Below are positions 1 to 6,411 of a DNA stretch of 25,204 bases, one piece after another; position 1 is the stretch's first letter, and each line of letters begins with the position of its first letter. This stretch comes from an uncultured Eubacteriales bacterium (lineage in GTDB: Bacteria; Bacillota; Clostridia; Oscillospirales; Acutalibacteraceae). The notes beneath the pieces are model-generated. The model ran no database searches and was not told the DNA's origin. It saw nothing but the letters and a program-made list of their open reading frames with translations. Position numbers and translations under genes: made by a program. The stretch lies in the NCBI GenBank assembly GCA_964370325.1, contig CAYJIV010000003.1:4334-29537 (forward strand), in the 5' to 3' direction.

Positions 1-1
1 C

Positions 2-1360
2 AAACGCGTTGCTCTTTTGGGGCTTGGCAGAAGCAATTCCCCATTAATTGATATGCTTTATGGCGAAGGCATTAATGTTATAGTTTGCGACAAGCGAAAC
101 GAAAGCAAAATTGATAAGAATATACTTGAAAATCTCAAAAAAAAATGTACGGAATTGCGTTTGGGTGGAGATTATCTTAAAAATCTTGAGGCAGATGTTG
201 TAATTCGTACACCCGGCATGAATTTTTTATCTTCTGAGCTAATTGAACTTAGAAAACAAGGCGCGGTTGTGACGTCAGAAATGGAGATATTTTTTGACCT
301 TTGTCCGTGCAAAATAATTGGTATTACTGGCAGTGACGGTAAAACCACTGTAACTTCTATTATTACTCAAATGCTGCGGCAGCAAGGCATTACAACACAT
401 TTAGGTGGTAATATTGGCCAGCCACTATTACCCAAAATCAATCAAATAAAAAAAGAAGATATAGCTGTTGTTGAGCTTTCCAGCTTTCAGTTAATATCAA
501 TGAGAAAAAGTCCAGAAATTGCTGTGGTTACAAATCTTTCACCAAATCATCTGGATATTCACAAGGACATGGATGAATATATTGACGCAAAAAAACAAAT
601 ATTGCTGCATCAAAACGCGTTTTCAAAAGCAGTTTTGAATTTTGATAATGATATTACCAACAATATGGCTGCTTATGTGCGAGGTGAGATATGTTTTTTC
701 AGCAGGCGTAAGAAACAAGAAAATGGTGTTTGGGTAGATGGAAACAGTAAGATAATATTTTCATGTCAGAGCAAAGATTATGAAATTATGGATGCCGAAG
801 ATATTAAAATTCCTGGTAAGCATAATCTGGAAAATTGTCTTGCAGCTACTTGTGCACTGTGGGGAATAGTAGATGCCGAAACCATGAAAAAAACAGCGCA
901 AACATTTTCTGGTGTTGAGCATAGAATTGAGTTTGTGAAAACCATAAACGGTGTTTCTTATTATAATGACTCTATTGCTTCCAGTCCAACCAGAACTATT
1001 TCCGGCATGCTTTCACTGTTTGATGATAAAAAAATTATACTTATAGCTGGAGGTTACGATAAAAAAAACCCCTTTGATGAGCTTGCAAAAGTAATTATCA
1101 AAAAGGTTTCAGTTTTAATTTTAATGGGTGACTCCGCCGAAAAAATTGAAAAAGAAGTAGAATCTTTGAATGAATACAGATGGGATAACCCTTTGATTAT
1201 CAAAGTAAATAATATGGAAGAAGCTGTGAATGTTGCAAAAAATCATTCGAATGTCGGAAATGTGATTGCACTTTCGCCTGCGTGTGCAAGTTTTGGTTTA
1301 TACACTGATTTCGAAGAACGTGGAAATCATTTTAAAAAGATTGTTTTAGATTTAAAATAA
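2..1360 (+). CDS. murD: UDP-N-acetylmuramoyl-L-alanine--D-glutamate ligase (5'-truncated at window edge)
   Basis: Frame is open from base 2 (KRVALLGLGRS Rossmann start). Motifs: ITGSDGKTT P-loop, GGNIG, VVELSSFQL, NLSPNHLD, YNDS, LIAGGYDK, LSPACASF and FEERG, all typical of MurD. Confidence 0.95.
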   Translation, partial: KRVALLGLGRSNSPLIDMLYGEGINVIVCDKRNESKIDKNILENLKKKCTELRLGGDYLKNLEADVVIRTPGMNFLSSELIELRKQGAVVTSEMEIFFDLCPCKIIGITGSDGKTTVTSIITQMLRQQGITTHLGGNIGQPLLPKINQIKKEDIAVVELSSFQLISMRKSPEIAVVTNLSPNHLDIHKDMDEYIDAKKQILLHQNAFSKAVLNFDNDITNNMAAYVRGEICFFSRRKKQENGVWVDGNSKIIFSCQSKDYEIMDAEDIKIPGKHNLENCLAATCALWGIVDAETMKKTAQTFSGVEHRIEFVKTINGVSYYNDSIASSPTRTISGMLSLFDDKKIILIAGGYDKKNPFDELAKVIIKKVSVLILMGDSAEKIEKEVESLNEYRWDNPLIIKVNNMEEAVNVAKNHSNVGNVIALSPACASFGLYTDFEERGNHFKKIVLDLK

Positions 1361-1372
1361 ATATTTTAATAT

Positions 1373-1401
1373 AAAAGAAAAAGCCATCCATAAAGGATGG
1401 C
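1373..1401 (-). terminator. Intrinsic terminator of the 1414..1659 gene
   Basis: Perfect 7-bp stem GCCATCC-(TTTAT)-GGATGGC at 1383-1401, followed on the minus strand by TTTTTCTTTT, 12 nt past the stop codon. Confidence 0.85.
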
Positions 1402-1413
1402 GTAAATAATTCT

Positions 1414-1659
1414 TTAATAAGATTTTCTGGCTTGATACCAAGATTTTTGAGCATTGTATTTATCAATTGCTTCTCTTCTTGCTACTTCTTTATCCTTAAA
1501 TTTAGCAGTTACTTTTAAAGGATTCCAAGTTGGGGTTGTTGAATTTTTGCTGCGATAATAAGTAGCTCCTCCTACAGCGAGGACTGCAATTGCTACGGTC
1601 ACTGCTGTTACAAGGGCAATGACTTTTTCTTTTGCGATTTGTTGAATATTGTTGACCAT
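1414..1659 (-). CDS. Small single-pass membrane protein of unknown function, paralog of 1883..2341 (81 aa)
   Basis: ATG with AAGGAG RBS (1668-1673), own promoter and terminator. Hydrophobic segment VIALVTAVTVAIAVLAVGGA is followed by TYYRSKNSTTPTWNPLKV, shared with the adjacent ORF. Confidence 0.85.
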   Translation of the reverse strand: MVNNIQQIAKEKVIALVTAVTVAIAVLAVGGATYYRSKNSTTPTWNPLKVTAKFKDKEVARREAIDKYNAQKSWYQARKSY

Positions 1660-1683
1660 GATATAAACTCCTTAAATTTAAAT

Positions 1684-1724
1684 TTGCTTTTTTAAAGAAA
1701 TCCTACAATTACTTTAAAAGCTTA
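1684..1724 (-). promoter_or_regulatory. Conserved bipartite leader motif, copy 1 (TAAGCTTTTAA-N18-TTAAAAAAGCAA)
   Basis: Flanks are identical to 2370-2410 with the same 18-nt spacer length. It is an imperfect inverted repeat located just downstream of the -10 box. Confidence 0.7.
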
Positions 1725-1731
1725 CAAATCC

Positions 1732-1760
1732 ATATTAACATGTTGCTCTAAAAATAGCAA
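1732..1760 (-). promoter_or_regulatory. Sigma-A-type promoter for 1414..1659
   Basis: Minus strand TTGCTA (1760-1755), 17 nt spacer, TAATAT (1737-1732), with an extended -10 TG. Confidence 0.7.
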
Positions 1761-1844
1761 GAGTAATAATTTATTATTCAAATAAAAAAAATGTGTGAAA
1801 TTTAAGAAAAAAATGTGTAATTTACCCAAATAACCTATTGGTGT

Positions 1845-1871
1845 AAAATAAAACCACCCATAAAGGATGGC
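1845..1871 (-). terminator. Intrinsic terminator of the 1883..2341 gene, homologous to 1373..1401
   Basis: Minus strand GCCAUCC-UUUAU-GGGUGGU followed by UUUAUUUU. Same stem and loop as copy 1, with two G:U wobbles. Confidence 0.8.
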
Positions 1872-1882
1872 TAAAAACTTCT

Positions 1883-2341
1883 TTATCCGATGTCACATGT
1901 GCTGTTGCTGTCGGGTATTTCTATAAAAGCTCCCCCAGTAGATTTTTGTGTTGCATTGCCACCAGATATTTGTACGTTGCCGACAGGTGTTTGTACAGTA
2001 TTCCACCAATTTTTTATTGAATCCGCCGCCCCCTTTGCTGCTACAGGGATTGCAGTCGCTGCTGCAGGTAGCAATCCATAATGACATCCAGCATATATGG
2101 CTGCTCCAGTTGCTCCTAAGCCTACGGTCCACTTAGTTGCTGTCCATAATCTACTTTTGAAAATACGTGGTGCTACTACTGGCTTTGGTTTGAATGGGGA
2201 ACACACTTTAAGTGGGTTATAAGTTGGGGTTGTTGAATCTTTACTGCGGAGGTATGTGACTTGTGATGCTACTAAACCTGTGATTACTGCTGCTGCTACC
2301 AGGCTAGTAACAATTTTGGTACCTGTTGTGTCTTGTGGCAT
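1883..2341 (-). CDS. Small membrane protein of unknown function with two hydrophobic segments, paralog of 1414..1659 (152 aa)
   Basis: ATG with GAGGAG RBS and a consensus promoter. TM segment IVTSLVAAAVITGLVA, motif TYLRSKDSTTPTYNPLKV, then a second Gly/Ala-rich hydrophobic region. Confidence 0.85.
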   Translation of the reverse strand: MPQDTTGTKIVTSLVAAAVITGLVASQVTYLRSKDSTTPTYNPLKVCSPFKPKPVVAPRIFKSRLWTATKWTVGLGATGAAIYAGCHYGLLPAAATAIPVAAKGAADSIKNWWNTVQTPVGNVQISGGNATQKSTGGAFIEIPDSNSTCDIG

Positions 2342-2369
2342 AATATTGACTCCTCTTTGATTAAAAATA

Positions 2370-2410
2370 TTGCTTTTTTAACAAGTTTGAATTGGACACT
2401 TAAAAGCTTA
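2370..2410 (-). promoter_or_regulatory. Conserved bipartite leader motif, copy 2 (TAAGCTTTTAA-N18-TTAAAAAAGCAA)
   Basis: 11-nt and 12-nt flanks identical to 1684-1724, with an 18-nt divergent spacer. Confidence 0.7.
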
Positions 2411-2414
2411 TATC

Positions 2415-2443
2415 AGTATAAGTCTTATTCTGCAAAATGTCAA
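2415..2443 (-). promoter_or_regulatory. Near-consensus sigma-A promoter for 1883..2341
   Basis: Minus strand TTGACA (2443-2438), 17 nt spacer, TATACT (2420-2415). Confidence 0.85.
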
Positions 2444-2489
2444 GCACATATCCGTCTATAGCCTAACAAAAAACAGAACAAAACTCAAG

Positions 2490-2525
2490 AAAAAATATTT
2501 AAATTAGCCATTGGCTAATTTAAAT
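2490..2525 (-). terminator. Probable terminator of dnaX-ebfC-recR
   Basis: Perfect 14-bp inverted repeat ATTTAAATTAGCCA-t-TGGCTAATTTAAAT (2497-2525) overlapping the recR stop, followed on the minus strand by A-TTTTTT. Confidence 0.65.
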
Positions 2526-3122
2526 TTCGTTTCGGCCGGTTAAGGCACGGGAAAGCGTTACTTCATCTGCATATTCCAACGTTGCACCAACTGGGACGCC
2601 ATACGCAAGCCTGGTGACTTTGATTCCGAGTGGTTTTAACAGTTTGGAGATATACATTGATGTGGCTTCGCCCTCAACGGTGGGATTTGCTGCCATTATA
2701 ACCTCCGTTACACCGCCTTTTTTAATGCGGTTTAAAAGCTCTTGTATATGAATTTGGTCCGGTCCTATTCCGCTAAGAGGTGAAATCACACCGTGAAGAA
2801 CATGATAAAGCCCTTCATATTCCTGTGTGCGTTCAATTGCGGAAACATCTTTCGGTTCCTCTACAACACAGATTGTGCTTGAATCTCTGGATTTATCATC
2901 GCAAATTTTACAAATTTCTTTATCCGTAAAATTGCAACATATTTTGCAAAAACTTATGTTTTTTTGCGCTTCTAAAATTGAATTTGAAAAGGATTTTGCT
3001 TTTTCTGCGGGCATTTTAAGAACAGCGTAAGCTAACCGTTGAGCAGTTTTTTTCCCAATGCTCGGCAGTCCGTTAAAATGTTCTGTTAATCTTGAAAGTG
3101 CAGGAATAGCATAGTCAATCAT
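2520..3122 (-). CDS. recR: Recombination mediator RecR
   Basis: HhH motif LPSIGKKTAQRLA, C4 zinc finger CKICCN...CKIC, Toprim ICVVEEPKD, YHVLHG, NPTVEGEAT, VTRLAYGVPVG, LEYADEVTL. Confidence 0.97.
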   Translation of the reverse strand: MIDYAIPALSRLTEHFNGLPSIGKKTAQRLAYAVLKMPAEKAKSFSNSILEAQKNISFCKICCNFTDKEICKICDDKSRDSSTICVVEEPKDVSAIERTQEYEGLYHVLHGVISPLSGIGPDQIHIQELLNRIKKGGVTEVIMAANPTVEGEATSMYISKLLKPLGIKVTRLAYGVPVGATLEYADEVTLSRALTGRNEI

Positions 3123-3123
3123 T

Positions 3124-3471
3124 TTAGAACAACCCCGGCATATTCAATTGCCCGGAAATGCTTTGCATAGCTTCCTCTTTTTCTGTATTAGCTTTCTTAA
3201 TGGCCTCATTCACAGCTGCGATTATCATATCTGACAATATTTCAGTGTCTTCAGGGTCAACGATTTCCGGTTTGATATCTATTTTTTGAACTTCCAACTT
3301 ACCGCTTACTATAACTGTGACGGCTTCTCCGCCGGAAGTTGCTATATATTCTTTGGTTTCCAGTTCTGCGGATGCTTTTTCCATTTCTTCTTGTGCTTTT
3401 TGGGCTTGCTGCGCCAGCTGCTGGATGTTGCTCATTCCGGCATCGGAGCCCTTTGGTAATCTAACTTTCAT
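3124..3471 (-). CDS. ebfC: YbaB/EbfC family nucleoid-associated protein
   Basis: QAQKAQEEM, SGGEAVTV, VDPEDTEILSDMIIAAVNEA, C-terminal MPGLF. Canonical position between dnaX and recR. Confidence 0.93.
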   Translation of the reverse strand: MKVRLPKGSDAGMSNIQQLAQQAQKAQEEMEKASAELETKEYIATSGGEAVTVIVSGKLEVQKIDIKPEIVDPEDTEILSDMIIAAVNEAIKKANTEKEEAMQSISGQLNMPGLF

Positions 3472-5040
3472 TTAATTTCCTCCTGATTTTACGTCTATGC
3501 CATGTTCTTTAGCATCACTTAAAAGTTCGTCGAACGGGTCAGACGTTTCGGTGTTTTCTTTTGTTTCTTCGGCTTTTACATAAGGTCCAAGATTATACTG
3601 TTTTCCGGTAATATCTTTGATAATATTTTTCACAGTATCCCTGCACTCAGCATTTCTTAAACGCTCAAACGCCACGGAACTTTTGGAATCAATCAGTATA
3701 AAATTTCCACTTTCATATGCGGTTGAATTTTTAAGTGCCATGGAAAGAGATGTGAATTTTTTGTTGTTTTTCAAAGCTGTCAATATTTTCGGCCAAGATT
3801 CCAGCGGAGCGGAACCGGAGGTTATATTATCCGTAATTTTTTCGGTTATTTGTTCAATTGTGCTGTGTTGGATTTCAGTTATGGGCGGTGTGGTTGACGG
3901 TTCTACAGGCATGGGCTCAGGTTTGCTTTCTGTTTGTGGTGCGGGAGTTTCTTTGATTTCAATTTTGGAAATTGAAGTTTTTTTACTGCAGATTTTTACA
4001 AATGCGGTTTCGAGTTCCAATCGCTTGTCTGCACCGCTCGTCATTTCTTTGTAAGTTATTTGAAAATTGTCCAGGTAATTTAGTATATCTTCCAAACTTG
4101 AATTTTCAATAGCTGTACCGCTAAAATTAAAATTTTCTGGCATTTCTTGCGTGGCTTTATATATCATGGCGTTCCTTAAATATTCCATGATTTCTTCGCA
4201 GAACTTTATCAAGTTTTTGGATTTCTGATATAATTCATCAATTATATTCAGACATGATTTTGCATTACTTGAGCGCATGTATTCAATAATATTTGCAGCG
4301 TAATTTTTTCCGGAGATCCCAAGGTTTTTTTTAACAGAATCAAGGTCAATATCATTTGCACACGTGCTGGCACATTGATCTAAAATAGACAAAGCATCAC
4401 GGGCAGCACCGTCTGCAGCGTTGGCAATAATTTTTGCAGTATTTTCTTTTATTTTAATTTTTTCTTCTTTGCAAATGTACAAAATTCTACCTAGGATGTC
4501 TTGCGTGGAGATCCTGTGAAAATCAAACCTTTGGCAACGAGAGGTTATGGTTACGGGCAATTTATGTATTTCCGTGGTGGCTAAAATGAAAATCACATGT
4601 GCTGGCGGTTCTTCTAAAATTTTCAAAAATGCGTTGAATGCACCGGTTGAAAGCATATGAACTTCATCAACAATATAAACCCTATATGTACATATGGCCG
4701 GAGTGAAAACAACTTCTTCGCGCATAGAGCGGATATTCTCTACTCCATTGTTGCTCGCGGCATCGATTTCCACAATATCCAGCATATTTTCGGAATCTAT
4801 GCTTTTACAAATGTCGCATTTAAGACACGGATTACCGTTTTCAGGTTTCTGGCAATTAACAGCTTTGGCTAAAATTTTTGCACAGGTTGTTTTACCGGTA
4901 CCTCTGGAGCCTGTGAACAAGTAGGCATGAGAAATTCGGTCAGATTTAATTTCATTTTTCAAAGTGGTGGTAATATGATTTTGCCCGATAACGTCATCAA
5001 ACGTTTTTGGACGCCATTTTCTGTATAACGCTTGATACAA
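3472..5040 (-). CDS. dnaX: DNA polymerase III subunit gamma/tau (TTG start)
   Basis: YQALYRKWRP start, Walker A GSRGTGKTT, EIDAASNNGV, DEVHMLS, FILATTE, SRCQRFDF. GAGGTG RBS upstream. Confidence 0.97.
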   Translation of the reverse strand: MYQALYRKWRPKTFDDVIGQNHITTTLKNEIKSDRISHAYLFTGSRGTGKTTCAKILAKAVNCQKPENGNPCLKCDICKSIDSENMLDIVEIDAASNNGVENIRSMREEVVFTPAICTYRVYIVDEVHMLSTGAFNAFLKILEEPPAHVIFILATTEIHKLPVTITSRCQRFDFHRISTQDILGRILYICKEEKIKIKENTAKIIANAADGAARDALSILDQCASTCANDIDLDSVKKNLGISGKNYAANIIEYMRSSNAKSCLNIIDELYQKSKNLIKFCEEIMEYLRNAMIYKATQEMPENFNFSGTAIENSSLEDILNYLDNFQITYKEMTSGADKRLELETAFVKICSKKTSISKIEIKETPAPQTESKPEPMPVEPSTTPPITEIQHSTIEQITEKITDNITSGSAPLESWPKILTALKNNKKFTSLSMALKNSTAYESGNFILIDSKSSVAFERLRNAECRDTVKNIIKDITGKQYNLGPYVKAEETKENTETSDPFDELLSDAKEHGIDVKSGGN

Positions 5041-5074
5041 TGCCGTATCACCTCATTGTTTAAAAAATGATTTA

Positions 5075-5190
5075 ACATACAGCCGGACAGATTAACTAAA
5101 TCGCACGGAAAAGCATGCTTAATGCTGCTCGGTTCCCCGCCTGACATGGTTCCCAGCCCTCCGCCGCATAGCACCTGCCCGGCTGTATGC
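5075..5190 (-). ncRNA. ffs: Signal recognition particle RNA (small, 4.5S-type)
   Basis: Minus strand contains AACCAUGUCAGGCGG-GGAA-CCGAGCAGCA (SRP domain IV with GGAA tetraloop). Long terminal helix GCAUACAGCCGGGCAG/CUGUCCGGCUGUAUGU. Sits upstream of dnaX, as scr does in Bacillus. Ends are approximate. Confidence 0.9.
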
Positions 5191-5277
5191 TAAATCAAGA
5201 AACCTTGTAATTTGGATTCAATAGAATTAAAATCAGTGTATCATAAGTTTTTTAAAAAAACAATAGGGAGACGAAAT

Positions 5278-6411
5278 TTGAATAAAGTCAGAATAGCGCA
5301 TTGCGCGGATATACATATCGGTTCGGATTGCAAAATACTAGGTACGAAATCTGAAATAAGAAAATATGAAATAAAAAGCACTTTTTATCGAATTTTAGAT
5401 GAATGTGTTAAAGAAAATGTAGATTTATTACTTATTGCAGGAGATTTTTTTGAAGATGTGAATGCCTCTGACAGCGTGATACAGGAAATAAAAGATGCCA
5501 TACAAAAAGTGGATTTAAAAGTTGTGATTTCGCCTGGCAATCATGACCCGGTTACAGCGGATTCGCCCTATAATATTGAATGGCCTGAAAACGTTATTAT
5601 TTTTAAAACTCCCAACATGAATTTTGTGGAAATAAATGATTTGAATGTGCGAATATGGGGCGCTGGATTTAGTGGAATGTATGAAAAAAGCACGCTTTTA
5701 AAAAACATTAATTTTGTAGATGATGATTTGATTAACATTTGCGTTATGCATGGTGATTTAACGGGTGATTACGGCGCATTTTACAATCCAATAAATTTAC
5801 GCGAAATTGAAAACAGTAAAATGGATTATGTGGCTTTGGGTCATATTCATAAGCGTACGGATATTTGTCACATAGGGGATACATTTTATGCATATTCCGG
5901 ATGCCCGGAGGGGCGCGGTTTTGATGAGCTTGGCGAAAAAGGTTTTTATATAGGCGATATTTCAAAAAGCAGTTGTGATCTTAAATTTAAAAAAATTTGC
6001 AGACGGATGAATTTGACCGTAGAGGTGGATATTTCCAAAATCGGTTGCTTTGCGGATACAGTAAGCTTGATTTTAGACAGGCTCAAAAGTTTATATGGAA
6101 TGAATTATCAAGAAAATTTATATAAAATTATTTTGTATGGCAATGTGCCGGAAGAGTTGATGATTGATATTAAAGCTATTGAGGCGGAACTTAGTGGTAG
6201 GTTGTTCTTTGTGAAAATTTTGGATAACACGGAAATTTATGTTGACATTGAAAAACTACAGTTTAACCATGATTTCAAGGGTGTATTTGTGAAAAAAATG
6301 ATGGAGAGAATCGGCAAAGAAACTAGTGAAGAAAATTTGGCAGTGATAAAACAGGCGTTGAAATTGGGATTGAAGGCGTTTTCTGGTGAGGTGAAATATA
6401 GTGACGATTGA
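5278..6411 (+). CDS. SbcD/Mre11-like metallophosphoesterase (YhaO-like DNA repair exonuclease)
   Basis: Motifs HCADIHIG, LIAGDFF, PGNHD, MHG, YVALGHIH, YSGCPEGRGFDE. Start re-assigned to the in-frame TTG at 5278 after an AGGGAG RBS (ORF track starts at 5212). Confidence 0.9.
   Translation: MNKVRIAHCADIHIGSDCKILGTKSEIRKYEIKSTFYRILDECVKENVDLLLIAGDFFEDVNASDSVIQEIKDAIQKVDLKVVISPGNHDPVTADSPYNIEWPENVIIFKTPNMNFVEINDLNVRIWGAGFSGMYEKSTLLKNINFVDDDLINICVMHGDLTGDYGAFYNPINLREIENSKMDYVALGHIHKRTDICHIGDTFYAYSGCPEGRGFDELGEKGFYIGDISKSSCDLKFKKICRRMNLTVEVDISKIGCFADTVSLILDRLKSLYGMNYQENLYKIILYGNVPEELMIDIKAIEAELSGRLFFVKILDNTEIYVDIEKLQFNHDFKGVFVKKMMERIGKETSEENLAVIKQALKLGLKAFSGEVKYSDD

Noticed and set aside
1890..2136. 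Three alternative short ORFs overlapping the 152-aa gene (1890..2081 +, 1893..2132 -, 1948..2136 +), e.g. as antitoxin or immunity genes
   Set aside because: No convincing RBS or promoter. Homology with the paralog, codon bias, RBS and terminator all support only the 1883..2341 frame.
1373..2443. Tandem cassettes as a CRISPR array, integron cassette array or prophage remnant
   Set aside because: Only two units, each with its own promoter and terminator. No attC-like GTTRRRY/RYYYAAC structure, regular repeat-spacer pattern, integrase, cas or phage genes in the window.
3975..3990. A7 run in dnaX after domain III as a possible gamma/tau programmed frameshift
   Set aside because: Codons read AGT AAA AAA ACT, which does not put an A AAA AAG-type heptamer in frame. 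No clear downstream hairpin was seen, and A-runs are common in this AT-rich DNA.
4959..5174. 71-aa minus-strand ORF upstream of and overlapping dnaX
   Set aside because: It runs through the SRP RNA and out of frame into dnaX, and is explained by the RNA gene.
5075..5190. Long terminal inverted repeat as a MITE or riboswitch
   Set aside because: The internal SRP domain IV motif and the position before dnaX explain it as the SRP RNA closing helix. No target-site duplication is evident.
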